A stretch of DNA of 64,000 bases from a virus (IMGVR_UViG_2721755553_000003:236-64235), one strand, 5' to 3'. Shown: positions 19,236 through 28,970, counted from the first letter of the stretch. Notes: generated from the sequence alone by a model not told the origin. Program-made: numbers and translations.

Positions 19236-20731
19236 CGGGCCCCCTCCGCCGTGGCGTCCGGCTCAATGGCCGAGACGTAGGACCAGGTCGTGCCGGCCGG
19301 GATCCGCACCCGGGCGCGGTGGTAGCGGCCCGAGGCGCGCGCCGGGGCGAACCGCTCGACGGTCGGCGCGGACTCGCTGAGCCAGCGCACCGGGGTCGAG
19401 GCGCCGAGGCTCTCGCGGACGCCCATCGTCACGCGCCAGTCGTCGGCATCGGTGTCGAGCCGGACGCCGCGCACGAAGGCTCGGTTCGGCCGGGCCAGCA
19501 TGGCGTCGGGGGTCTGCACGACCGCCTCAAGCGGCGCCCCGTTGAGCACGGCGAGGCGATTGTCGGTCGTCATCACCGCGAGCAGCGTGGCACCGCCCTG
19601 GTACATCGGGTCGTCGAGTGAGGGCTGCGCCGGGTCGTCGATCGACCCCTCGATGCTGTCGACCGAGACGTCGGGCGTCGCCGCCGACATGCCGAAGCGG
19701 ATCGGGGTGTTGATGAACGACCAGCGGTCGAGCAGCCAGTCGTACAGCAGCGCCTCGCCCAGCAGCGACGGGTCCGCCGCATCGGTGCCGGCCAGCCGGT
19801 AGGCGAACAGGATGCGCTCACCGGTCGGGTCGCGGAACGCCACCGTCATGCCGACCCGCTCCGGATCGACACGGCCCTGGAAGAACCGGTTCACCCGCTC
19901 GGCACCGATCGGCGTGGACGGGCCGCCACCGATCACGAGGGCATAGAACCCGTCGCGGTCGAGGAAGAAGATGCGCGGCCCGACCTTGGCGATGCACCAG
20001 GGCGCCACCGCGCCGCGGTTCTCCTCGAGCACGGAGCAGTCGAACACGTTCCCGGAATCCGGGCTCAGCGTCATGCGCCGGATCGCCCGCTCCTGGAAGA
20101 TCACGCCATACTCGCCGCCCGCGAAGCCGGTCACGGCGCCACCGTCGGGGAGCTGCTGCTCGTCGCCGGTCTGGTCGAGCTGACCGAGCGGCCACTGCTC
20201 GATGTTGCCGCTGTTCGACCAGCGCACCGTCTGCGGCGTGTCGGGCAGGCCGGCGAGCACCAGGAAGTCGCCGACGACGCCCATGTGCCGGGCCCGGGGC
20301 GGGCCGCCGCCGAGGTCCGCGAACGGCTGCGTGCCGGCCTGGAGCACGTCAATCGTCGCCTTCTGCACCGGGGTACCGGCTGAGCAGGCGAGCAGCAGGG
20401 TGCCGTAGACGGCGAAGGACCAGTAGTCCCCGGGCGGCACGCTGTAGGAGGTGCTCGGGTTCGTCACCTCGTGCCACGCCTGATCCGTCGTCTTGTAGAC
20501 GAACAGGCCCTTCGACGTGCCGGCCACGTAGATCGGGAAGTTGTAGGTCGGGGAGAACACCGCGATCGCGCCGCGGCACTCCGCCGGCAGGGCGAGCGAC
20601 AGCGGTACCGGCGCCAGCACCGGGCCGTAGCCGTCCGAGCGCGGCACCACGTTGGTCGCGACCGCCGAGACCGCGGCGTCGACCGAGGCCGTGTCAGGCG
20701 CGAACGGCGCCAGCTTGATCGGATCGGGCAC
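19232..20731 (-). CDS. Tail nozzle/head-closure (P22 gp10 or tubular protein B-like)
   Basis: 499-aa beta-rich protein with VRWSN motif after the adaptors. Confidence 0.75.
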   Translation of the reverse strand: MPDPIKLAPFAPDTASVDAAVSAVATNVVPRSDGYGPVLAPVPLSLALPAECRGAIAVFSPTYNFPIYVAGTSKGLFVYKTTDQAWHEVTNPSTSYSVPPGDYWSFAVYGTLLLACSAGTPVQKATIDVLQAGTQPFADLGGGPPRARHMGVVGDFLVLAGLPDTPQTVRWSNSGNIEQWPLGQLDQTGDEQQLPDGGAVTGFAGGEYGVIFQERAIRRMTLSPDSGNVFDCSVLEENRGAVAPWCIAKVGPRIFFLDRDGFYALVIGGGPSTPIGAERVNRFFQGRVDPERVGMTVAFRDPTGERILFAYRLAGTDAADPSLLGEALLYDWLLDRWSFINTPIRFGMSAATPDVSVDSIEGSIDDPAQPSLDDPMYQGGATLLAVMTTDNRLAVLNGAPLEAVVQTPDAMLARPNRAFVRGVRLDTDADDWRVTMGVRESLGASTPVRWLSESAPTVERFAPARASGRYHRARVRIPAGTTWSYVSAIEPDATAEGAR

Positions 20732-20734
20732 GGC

Positions 20735-21391
20735 TTAGTTCGGCGTGTCGCGGGCGGTGGCCTCGGCCTGATCCTCGGCCGCGCGGCGTGGGCGCCCGCC
20801 CGTCTTCTGGGAGTCGCCCTGGCCCATCAGCGCCTGGAGGAACGCCATGCCGTCAGCGAGCCACTTCTGGTTCCGGGCCTCGTCCTTCTGGAAGCGGTAG
20901 GCCTCGGCCATAACGCCGTAGAGGTACAGCTCCGGCGCCTTGGTCAGGAGCCAGTTCGTCGGCGCCGCGGCGGAGAGCGCCGGGATCTGCCGGTAATAGG
21001 TCAGGCTGACCTTGCCCGGCTGGAGTGAGCGGGTCTGCACCTGGTCGCCGAGCACGGTGAAGTACTGCGGGTCGCCGTTCGGCCGGAACCGGTGCCGGAA
21101 CTCCGGGCTGTCCGGCTCGACGTAGCGCAGCATCTGCACCCGCGAGAGGTCGGCCGAGGACCACTGGAGCGCGATCCACTCCAGATAGTCGGCCGGGATC
21201 GCGTACCCAGGCGTGCCGTCGACCCCGAGCAGGCCGGCGGTGGCCATCATCTCCCGGGTGCGGAGCTGCCGGTTCAGCCACGCCTCCGTGACGCGCACGA
21301 AGTAGGGCAGGAACTCGGTCAGATCGGTGCGGGCGAGGTAGTTCTCGAACGCGGCCGACAGGCTCGGGTAGTCTGTGATCTCGACGGCCAT
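20735..21391 (-). CDS. Head-tail adaptor protein
   Basis: Y..L....ENYLARTDL...LPYFV...E..LNRQLR; NWLL..APELYLYG. Confidence 0.8.
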   Translation of the reverse strand: MAVEITDYPSLSAAFENYLARTDLTEFLPYFVRVTEAWLNRQLRTREMMATAGLLGVDGTPGYAIPADYLEWIALQWSSADLSRVQMLRYVEPDSPEFRHRFRPNGDPQYFTVLGDQVQTRSLQPGKVSLTYYRQIPALSAAAPTNWLLTKAPELYLYGVMAEAYRFQKDEARNQKWLADGMAFLQALMGQGDSQKTGGRPRRAAEDQAEATARDTPN

Positions 21392-21398
21392 GGGCGCC

Positions 21399-22037
21399 TC
21401 AGAGGTCGTAGGCCTGGATCTGGCCGGTGGAGGCGATGGCGTTCGATCGCCCGCGGAGCGCCCGCAGCTCGTCGTCGACGATCTGGGCCTGCATCTGCGC
21501 CATCGGCGCGCTGCGCAGGCTGTTCAGCGCGAGGTGCCACTTCGCCCGGGCCGCGATCAGGCCAGAGGCCTCGTCCGTCCAGGCGTTGGCCTCGTCGAGC
21601 GCTGGCGCCGGCAGGCGGACATGCGCCATGAGCCGGATCGTCCAGATGTCGGACGGCATTGGCCACAGGCGCAGGGACCGCTCGAAATACGAGTAGGCGC
21701 AGGGCTGAGACTGGCTCTCGGGCTGGTCCGCCCCCTCGATCGAGGCCTCGTCGATGCGCCGCAGGACGGTCGGGGTTGAACCGTCGAGCATCACCACGCT
21801 GTCGATCGCCAGCAGGTCGGGGATGCCGCTGGCATCGCCGGATGCGTAGACGTCCGACCCCGGGATAGTCTGGAACGTCACGTAGCCGTCGTTGAAGAAG
21901 AAGCGGTCCGGCTGGAAGAACCGGATCGCCCGGTCAACGGCGGTCGCGATCTGCGGGCCGAGGTCCGCGCGCTCGATGTCGTCCGCGATCTCCGCGTACA
22001 GATCGGCGAGCGTCGGCCGCCCGTCCTGTGTCGGCAT
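21399..22037 (-). CDS. Head-tail adaptor paralog
   Basis: LADLYAEIADDIERADL...I..A; similar size and N-terminus to its neighbour. Confidence 0.75.
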   Translation of the reverse strand: MPTQDGRPTLADLYAEIADDIERADLGPQIATAVDRAIRFFQPDRFFFNDGYVTFQTIPGSDVYASGDASGIPDLLAIDSVVMLDGSTPTVLRRIDEASIEGADQPESQSQPCAYSYFERSLRLWPMPSDIWTIRLMAHVRLPAPALDEANAWTDEASGLIAARAKWHLALNSLRSAPMAQMQAQIVDDELRALRGRSNAIASTGQIQAYDL

Positions 22038-22133
22038 CGGGCATCGTCTCCGTCTTCGAGGGCGACGGCGGGGGCTGCTCTGCCTCCGCCGCCAAGGCCG
22101 CCGCAGCGAGGTGCAGCAGCATCGAGCCGCGCA

Positions 22134-22535
22134 TCAGGCGCGCGGCGCGGCGTACGTGAAGACGACCTCGGCCGAGCCCTGCGTCGCAGCGGCGCCGGTC
22201 TGGGCGTAGCCGACGTACGGCACCGTGTCGGCGGCCAGGCGGCCGAGGGCGGTGGCGGTGTCGGGGCGCTTCACGCCGGCCGCGCCGACCGCGGAATCGG
22301 CCGCGGCGACGAGGTCGTTGCCGCCCGGCGCGGAGCCGACGGTGAGGGCGTTGGTGCCGCCGTTGAAGGCCTGCGTCACGGTGATGACCGTGGACAGGAT
22401 CTGCGCGCCGGCCGGGAAGGCGGCGGACATCGGGCGGCTGACGTCGTTGAACGTGACGGTGGTGCGGATCTCGCCGACCTGCCCGTGCAGGAGCGAGCGC
22501 ACCGCCGGCTTGGTCGGGCTGGTGTTGGTGGCCAT
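22134..22535 (-). CDS. Putative capsid decoration/cement protein
   Basis: 133-aa beta-rich protein immediately after the capsid gene. Confidence 0.6.
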   Translation of the reverse strand: MATNTSPTKPAVRSLLHGQVGEIRTTVTFNDVSRPMSAAFPAGAQILSTVITVTQAFNGGTNALTVGSAPGGNDLVAAADSAVGAAGVKRPDTATALGRLAADTVPYVGYAQTGAAATQGSAEVVFTYAAPRA

Positions 22536-22646
22536 GTCAGGCCCCTCTCGAAGATGGACGCGCAGCCGGACGGCTCACGCGCATGGGCAGAGGAGCCCGC
22601 AGCCGGTCAGGGCCGCGGGCGGGGTTCATGCGGGGAGGGAGGCCGA

Positions 22647-23750
22647 TCAGCCGGCGTTGACGGCGTAGGTCGGGATGACGATCACGGCGAAGTCGACGCC
22701 GTTGTAGGTCGTCTTCTTGATGCCCCAGATCGCCCAGGCCGAGACCTCGAGCTCGCGCTTGTGGTCGTACAGCTCCTCGTTCCAGCGGAACTTCTCGGGG
22801 CCGCCACCCTTGCCGAAGGCCGCCGTGACGGCCTGGGCGCCGAGCAGGACCGCGCGCCGGACGTTCGGCAGGATGGTCTTGCCGTCGGGAGCGACGCCGA
22901 GGGTGACCTGCTGGGACTCGCGCAGGATGACGTTGTTGTAGACACCGAGCGACCCGTCGAAGATCGGGTTCTTGGTGATCTCGCCGCCCTGCATCGCGGC
23001 CTTCTGGATGTCGAGCCACTGGCCCGCACCGGCGTTGATCCGGAGCTGGGTCACCTGGGTCGGGTGGATGTACATCACCCACATCTCGCCCATGCCGTCG
23101 ATCTTGACCGGACGCATCTTCGGCGCACCGGCGGCGCCGCCGGTCTTGGCGATCTCCACCGCGGCGTCGATCTGCGCCAGGGTGAGGCCGTCACCGGCAC
23201 CGAGGGCACCGTCGTTGGCCTTGCCGTTCGGACGGATCACCCGGGTGGCCGCGGTCACGACGTTGTTGCCGGTGAACTTCACGCCACCGGAGCCGTCGAC
23301 CTGCACCACGTTCGCCGGGGTGAAGCCGCAGGCGTGGTTGAAGAACGACACCGAGGTGCGGAGCTGGAACCAGTCGGACAGGCCGTCCTTGGCCTCGTCG
23401 CGCAGGTTGAACGGCACGCGCTGCTGGTCGATCGTGAACTTCGAGCGGATGCCCACGACGTTGCCGAGCTCGTCGATGGTGATCGCGTCGGACATGGTCG
23501 AGAGCTGCTCGCCATTGCCCTCGGCGCGGTCGGACGAGGTGAAGCCGTTGCCGGCGAGCTGCATGCGCAGGCCGAACGTGACCTTGTCGCCGACACCCTT
23601 CTGGGTCTCGGTCTTGATCTGGATGACGGACTTGGCCGACTCGCCGAACAGCGGGGCGATATCGAGGGCCTTGGTGGCTTCGACGGAGAGGCTCTTCGAC
23701 CAGAGCTTCGCCGCCAGCGCGTCGTTCAGCGCATAAGCGGTCACACCCAT
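22647..23750 (-). CDS. Major capsid protein (N4-gp56/DUF4043-like)
   Basis: KLWSK.L..E...; GDKVTFGLRMQL.G; E.YDHKREL; position after scaffold. Confidence 0.88.
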   Translation of the reverse strand: MGVTAYALNDALAAKLWSKSLSVEATKALDIAPLFGESAKSVIQIKTETQKGVGDKVTFGLRMQLAGNGFTSSDRAEGNGEQLSTMSDAITIDELGNVVGIRSKFTIDQQRVPFNLRDEAKDGLSDWFQLRTSVSFFNHACGFTPANVVQVDGSGGVKFTGNNVVTAATRVIRPNGKANDGALGAGDGLTLAQIDAAVEIAKTGGAAGAPKMRPVKIDGMGEMWVMYIHPTQVTQLRINAGAGQWLDIQKAAMQGGEITKNPIFDGSLGVYNNVILRESQQVTLGVAPDGKTILPNVRRAVLLGAQAVTAAFGKGGGPEKFRWNEELYDHKRELEVSAWAIWGIKKTTYNGVDFAVIVIPTYAVNAG

Positions 23751-23852
23751 GACGGGGATCCTTGAAATCGGGGGATACGGGAAGGTTCGTGCCGCGCGTC
23801 ACGTCGCGGGCAGACGAAAGCCGGGCCCCGGGTGACCGCTGGGGACGGTGGT

Positions 23853-23946
23853 CGGACGGGCGCCGTGACGTGGCGCGGACGGAGGCTGTGACGCGGCCGT
23901 GCGGATCGCGTGACGTGCGATCAGGCGGACGACAGGCTGACGTGCG
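23853..23946 (-). repeat. Four degenerate ~24-nt tandem units, several forming hairpins with ACGUCAC-type loops
   Basis: CGGA(C/T) at 23853, 23876, 23902, 23926, each followed by TGACG; stems gcgcc/ggcgc and gatcgc/gcgatc. Confidence 0.75.
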
Positions 23947-24062
23947 GAAGCGCCCCGCTGGAGAACAGCAGGGTGCAGCGCGTCGACCTGTCGGAAACTG
24001 GGGATGCTCGCAGACGGGGCCGGCTAGGCCCGCGCGTCTCGCGGCGGTAGTCCTTTGAGCGT

Positions 24063-24080
24063 GTTCGCCCGTCGGGTCAA
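24063..24080 (-). promoter_or_regulatory. Putative late promoter element, copy 2, upstream of the capsid leader
   Basis: TTGACCCGACGGGCGAAC on the minus strand, just after a GC hairpin ending the scaffold gene. Confidence 0.75.
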
Positions 24081-24125
24081 CAGTAAAGGTGCGGCGCGCG
24101 AGCGGTCCCGCGCGCCGCGGTTTGA

Positions 24126-25163
24126 TCAGGCGCCCATGAGCTGGCGGAGCTTCCGCCCATTGGCCTTCTGGAAGGCCGAGAACTCCTCGTCGGACATGTT
24201 GGCCAGCATCTCGGCTGTGACCTCACCCGCCGGCGACCCGCCGGCAGCCGACAGCGACATGCCGGGGCCCTTCTGGCCAGCCTCGACGCGGGCAGCCTTC
24301 TCCGCTGCGGTCTCGGACGGCGCGGCGGCAGGAGCGGCCTCCGCAGCCTTCGGGGCGAACCCACGGCTCTTGGCCAGCGCGGCGATCAGGGCGGCCGGCG
24401 ACTGGCCGCGCTGACGGGCCGTCTGGGCGAGGTTGAACTCCTCCTCCCGCACGGTCTGAACCGCCTCGGCCTCCGACATGCCGACGAGCTGCAGCTCGGC
24501 CACGCGACCCGAGAACAGGTGCTGGTAGGCGTCCGAGATCGTCGCGTCGGCGGTGACGGCGCGCTGGAGGTCCTGGCGGTAGAAGCCGATCACGTCGTTT
24601 CGCTCGTCCGCGGCCCTACGGTCCTCCTCGGCCTTCTTCTGGGTCTCGGTAAGCTGGGTCTGGCCGGTGCGGATCGCCTGGATTTGCTCCTCGAGGTACT
24701 TCGCGTAGCCGAAGATATCCTCGTTCGGATCCGGTACCTTGGCGGGCTCAGCGGCGGCCGCCGGCTGGGCCGGGGCGGCGGGGCGCTGCATCGCCTCGGA
24801 CAGGATGCGCAGGCGCTCGTCGCCGCGGGCGAACTTCTCCTGCAGCTCGCTGAGTTGGCGCTGGGCCGTCTTGCGAGCCTCACGCTCCTTATGGAACGCA
24901 CCATGCCGTACGAACCGGCCGCGGTTCTTCTCGGGATCGTCGGCATCCTCGGCATCCGGATCCACGACCTCGCCGGGCGCGGCAGCCTCACCGGCTGGGG
25001 CCGGGGCACCCTCGGGAGCGGCGGCAGGAGCGGGGGCGACCGTCGAGCCAGCCAGAGGCTCCAGATCGGTCGCGCCGCTGCGCATGGCATCCCATGCGGC
25101 CTGCTCCTCGGCGGAGAAGGCGTCGTCGGAGTCGATGGGGGCGGAGAAATCGCTGTCGATCAT
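24126..25163 (-). CDS. Scaffolding protein
   Basis: Acidic coiled coil; C-terminal LANMSDEEFSAF; between portal and capsid. Confidence 0.8.
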   Translation of the reverse strand: MIDSDFSAPIDSDDAFSAEEQAAWDAMRSGATDLEPLAGSTVAPAPAAAPEGAPAPAGEAAAPGEVVDPDAEDADDPEKNRGRFVRHGAFHKEREARKTAQRQLSELQEKFARGDERLRILSEAMQRPAAPAQPAAAAEPAKVPDPNEDIFGYAKYLEEQIQAIRTGQTQLTETQKKAEEDRRAADERNDVIGFYRQDLQRAVTADATISDAYQHLFSGRVAELQLVGMSEAEAVQTVREEEFNLAQTARQRGQSPAALIAALAKSRGFAPKAAEAAPAAAPSETAAEKAARVEAGQKGPGMSLSAAGGSPAGEVTAEMLANMSDEEFSAFQKANGRKLRQLMGA

Positions 25164-25230
25164 GTGGTCCAGGTCCTCGTGACGTGATGGGACGGAAGGC
25201 CGGTCTGACGCGCCGGCCGGGCGGAAGGGG

Positions 25231-25515
25231 TCAGGTGCGCCAGGTCATCCCGTCGGCGCGGGGGCGCCGCGGTTCGGCGATCGGCTTGAGCGGGGCGGGC
25301 AGGCGGTCGACCTTGCCCTCGGCGAGCAGCTCGGAGACGGCCCGCGCCGAGCCGTCGACCATCAGCATCGGGGTGCCGACCTTCAGCCACACCTCGGCGG
25401 CGGGCGGGTCGGTCATCGCAATCGCGATCATGCCCACGTTGTCGGGGGCCACGAACACGGGGTCGCCCTTCACCGCCGGATCGCCGGTAAAGGTACGAAG
25501 CTCGACGAGGCGCAT
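25231..25515 (-). CDS. Hypothetical protein (94 aa)
   Basis: ORF 3 nt after the portal stop. Confidence 0.65.
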   Translation of the reverse strand: MRLVELRTFTGDPAVKGDPVFVAPDNVGMIAIAMTDPPAAEVWLKVGTPMLMVDGSARAVSELLAEGKVDRLPAPLKPIAEPRRPRADGMTWRT

Positions 25516-25518
25516 GGC

Positions 25519-27609
25519 TTAGAAGCTCGGCTGGACCGGATAGAGCAGGGGTCCCGGCGCGGCGGCCGCGGGCAAGGCGTTGAACGGCGGCCGGTCGACG
25601 GGAATCGGCGTCGGGGCTGGGCCGCCGTGCTGATGCGGCGCGGCGGTGTTCCGACGCTCCTGCATCACCTGCGCGTGGCCGTGCGCGATCTCCAGCGTGC
25701 GCCCGACCGTGTCGACCTGGTCGTACTGGCTGAGCGAACGCTGGTGCTGGGCCTGCGCGCGCTTCAGGTCGGCGCCGGCCGCGGTCTCCTCGATCTTCGT
25801 GAGGGCCTCCTGCAGGGCGATCTGCTGCCGCTGCTGAGCCTCCGGATCCTGCTGCTGGCTCGCGAGCAGCTCGCGCATCTTCGCGACGAAGCTGTCCGGG
25901 AACGGCGAGTATGGCAGCACCTCGAGGAGCACCTGCGGCGTGATCATGTCTCGGACGATCGGGAGCACTGACACGAAGGTCTGCCACACCACCTGCTGCT
26001 GGTTCGGCGAGGACGGCGCCTCGTCGATCACCACGTCGTAATCACCCGCGGTCTTGTCGCGGAGGAGCGGGATCACCTGTTGGCCGGCCTGTCCCGTGAT
26101 GCGCACGAGGCGCCCGTCCGAAAGGTAGGTCTGGATGAAGTGGAGCCGCACCCGGCCGATGTGCTTCCGGGCCCGGCGCAGGGCGTTGAACATGGTGGCG
26201 AGGATGTTCATCGCCGCCTGCTTGCGCTGGTACTCCAGCACGCCGGCCTGCTGGTTCTGCTGCTGGCCGAGCAGCTCCATGTTCACGCCGGAGGAGTCCC
26301 GGATGGAGTTGATCGCGAACTCCATGAGCTGCCAGTGACCGGCGGGCATCACGGGCAGCGGCTTCTCCTTGATCGCGCCGGTGCGGAGCGAACCCGGGTT
26401 CACGAAGGTGACCGCGCCGGACTTGGCCGCGGTGCGCTCGAAAGCCGCCTGATCCTTCACGGCCGAGGTCTCGGCGAAGTAGCCGCCCTTAGCCTGCCGG
26501 TTCAGCATGTCGATGGTCTGCGACAGCCACTTGTTGGCGAAGCGCTGCGGGTCGCGCATCGGCCGCACGATGCCGAACCAGGAGCCGCGGTTCTGGTCCC
26601 GGTCGCCGGTCAGGAAGGCGTAGCTGAAGCGGTCGCCCGCCGGCGCGTCACCGACCGATCCCAGGATGATGTTGCCGAGGAAGGCGCGGCGGTACTTCCG
26701 CGTCATCCGGTGGAACACCTGCACCGGCATGCCGACCAGCTCGGCACGCTCCATAAGCACCTTCGCCTTGGCCGGATCCATCTCGATCAGCTGCTGGCTC
26801 TGCGGGTCGATCACCACCGCGACCCGCACCCGCTCCCACCACTGGCACTCGACGATGGTGACGCGCTTCGTGCCGCCGGTCTGGTCGGTATCGCCGAGCC
26901 GGTCCGAGCGTCGCTCACCCGGCTGGATCTGATGGTGCGGCTCGCCTCCGTCGCGGTCCTCGGCCCAGGCTGCATCCAGGTCGGCCGGGTCGACGTCCGG
27001 GAACAGGCTCTCGGCCTCGGCCCGGTCCATCGACTTCGCCCGCCAGACGCGCCGTGCGTCCGACAGGTTGCGCTTCGTGGCCGAGGCGTCCCAGAACATC
27101 TCCAGGGGGTTCACCCGGTCCTCGACGTAATCGCCGTCCGGGTTGGTCTCGTAATCGAGGCGCATCTCTACGACGCCGACGCCGCAGGTCACCGCGTCGA
27201 TGAAGGCATCGCTCTCCTCGTCCTCCGCGTCCGCCTCGTCGGCGAGGTAGCGGGAGGCCTCGGTGAGCACCTCGTTCAGCGCCGCATCGCCGATCTGGCG
27301 GGGCAGGTACTGGATGTCCTGGCGGGTGCTGACCTCGGAACCGGCGACAGCCCGGATCACCGGCAGGATGCGGTTGAAGGAGATCGGCGGACGGCCCTGC
27401 TCGCGAAGCGCGGCCTCATCCTGCGCAGACCACTGATGGCCGGCGACGAAGTCGAAGTCCTCGCGGGCCTCCGCGCGCCACTCCGAGGAGGCCTCGCGGT
27501 CGGCCCGGAACCACGTGCGAAGCTTCCGGAACAGCGCGGCCGCGTCGAGGTCGGCCTGATGGCGCGCCTGCTCCTCCGGCGACAGCGGAGCGTCGTCGGT
27601 ATCGGTCAT
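25519..27609 (-). CDS. Portal protein (P22-like)
   Basis: W..EAREDFDFVAGHQW...GRPPISFNRI; ATG 27609 overlaps the terL stop. Confidence 0.9.
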   Translation of the reverse strand: MTDTDDAPLSPEEQARHQADLDAAALFRKLRTWFRADREASSEWRAEAREDFDFVAGHQWSAQDEAALREQGRPPISFNRILPVIRAVAGSEVSTRQDIQYLPRQIGDAALNEVLTEASRYLADEADAEDEESDAFIDAVTCGVGVVEMRLDYETNPDGDYVEDRVNPLEMFWDASATKRNLSDARRVWRAKSMDRAEAESLFPDVDPADLDAAWAEDRDGGEPHHQIQPGERRSDRLGDTDQTGGTKRVTIVECQWWERVRVAVVIDPQSQQLIEMDPAKAKVLMERAELVGMPVQVFHRMTRKYRRAFLGNIILGSVGDAPAGDRFSYAFLTGDRDQNRGSWFGIVRPMRDPQRFANKWLSQTIDMLNRQAKGGYFAETSAVKDQAAFERTAAKSGAVTFVNPGSLRTGAIKEKPLPVMPAGHWQLMEFAINSIRDSSGVNMELLGQQQNQQAGVLEYQRKQAAMNILATMFNALRRARKHIGRVRLHFIQTYLSDGRLVRITGQAGQQVIPLLRDKTAGDYDVVIDEAPSSPNQQQVVWQTFVSVLPIVRDMITPQVLLEVLPYSPFPDSFVAKMRELLASQQQDPEAQQRQQIALQEALTKIEETAAGADLKRAQAQHQRSLSQYDQVDTVGRTLEIAHGHAQVMQERRNTAAPHQHGGPAPTPIPVDRPPFNALPAAAAPGPLLYPVQPSF

Positions 27610-28970
27610 TGCGCCCATCCGGAGCCTTCGGTGGTCTCAGCACGCTCGCGTCGGCGGCGCCGGTCGTAGCGGTCGTTCGGGGTTTCCGGCGGCGGGTCGT
27701 CCGGGCGAGGCTCGGCGATCGCGACGGCGAAGTAGCGGAAGGCGTCGGCCGCGTGGCTCGCCCAGTCGTGCAGTGGGTTCTTCGAGAAGGCCTGCGTGTC
27801 GGGGTCGACGTCGTACCGGTAGTTCCGGAGCGCCTGGAGCCCGTCAGCGCAGCGGTCCTCGTCGAAGAAGCACCGCGCGAACACCTGCCGAGCCGCGTCG
27901 ATGCCGGCGGCGACCGAGAGCTTCGGTGTGATCCGCACCTCGTGCCCGGCGGCCCACATCTGCTGCTCGATCGTGCGCTCCGAGGCGAGGAGCTCGTTCT
28001 GCGCGTCGTGCGGGAGCCAGTGCTCCCCGTAGACGTACCCGCAGTCTGCGGCCCGCTGCGTGAGCATCTCCAGGTAGTGACCGAGCGCGAAGCCGCGGTT
28101 CTCGTAGAAGTCGATCAGCCGGAACTCGAAGCCGACGATCTGGGCGAACCAGATGCTCGTCTTGTCGGCCCGGCCCAGATCCCAGAACGTGTGCACCCGT
28201 TTCGACGGGTCGAAGGGGACCTTCCGGAACCGGCCTGCCCGCGTCGCGGCCAGGATCTCGTGGGTGTAGATCGCGCCGTCGAGGACCTGCTTGCAGTGGC
28301 CCTCCCAGACGGTCTCGTAACCGACCGGGTCCCGGGCCAGGAGGTCCTTCGCCTCCTGCTGCAGCTCCTCCGGAAACCACGGATTGTCGTACCAGTTGAT
28401 GGTCGCGACTTCCGAGTTCGTCGGCGGGTGCGTGACGAACCGCTTGTACGTCTCGTCCTCGGCCAGCTCCGGGTTGAAGCTGATCCAGATCTCGGAGCCC
28501 GGCTTGCGGATCGTCGGGATGAGTGTGTCCCACGACGACTTCGACACCGTGCGGGCCTCCTCGACCCAGCAGATGTCGACGCCCTCGTAGGACTTGATCT
28601 TCGTGACGTTGTGCCGGAGCCCTTCGAACGAGAACTCGGTGCCGTTCGCCCCGATGATCCGGGTTTGCTGCACCTCGTAGAAGGCGCCGAGTCCCAGCTT
28701 GTCCGCCTGGTCCTTCAGCAGCGCGTGCACGCTGTCCGCGGTCGAATTCTGGAACTCGCGGGCACAGAGGATGCGGAGCTTCTTCGAGGCTCCGAGGATC
28801 AGGAGCGCACGGGCAAACGCCCAGGATTTCCCTCCGCCGCGACCGCCCTTCGCGATCTTGTACCGCTTCGGCTGGAACAGGAACGCCAGCTTGCGCGGGA
28901 ACTCAGCTTGGTTTGCCGGGGCCGTCGATGAAGGTGACGGCGATGCCGCCGGCGAGGAGGGGCTGGCCAT
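27606..28970 (-). CDS. terL: Terminase large subunit (PBSX-like); start uncertain
   Basis: KGGRGGGKS Walker A; CWVEEA Walker B; WDLG..D nuclease; HDWASHAADAFRY. Confidence 0.93.
   Translation of the reverse strand: MASPSSPAASPSPSSTAPANQAEFPRKLAFLFQPKRYKIAKGGRGGGKSWAFARALLILGASKKLRILCAREFQNSTADSVHALLKDQADKLGLGAFYEVQQTRIIGANGTEFSFEGLRHNVTKIKSYEGVDICWVEEARTVSKSSWDTLIPTIRKPGSEIWISFNPELAEDETYKRFVTHPPTNSEVATINWYDNPWFPEELQQEAKDLLARDPVGYETVWEGHCKQVLDGAIYTHEILAATRAGRFRKVPFDPSKRVHTFWDLGRADKTSIWFAQIVGFEFRLIDFYENRGFALGHYLEMLTQRAADCGYVYGEHWLPHDAQNELLASERTIEQQMWAAGHEVRITPKLSVAAGIDAARQVFARCFFDEDRCADGLQALRNYRYDVDPDTQAFSKNPLHDWASHAADAFRYFAVAIAEPRPDDPPPETPNDRYDRRRRRERAETTEGSGWAQ

Noticed and set aside
21934-22134. 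66-aa ORF after the decoration gene
   Set aside because: Overlaps the adaptor by 104 nt and becomes low-complexity; not supportable.
22537-22650. Frameshift extension of the capsid protein
   Set aside because: No slippery heptamer near the capsid stop.
23853-23946. Tandem repeats as a CRISPR array
   Set aside because: Units are degenerate, there are no unique spacers of about 30 nt, and no cas genes are present.
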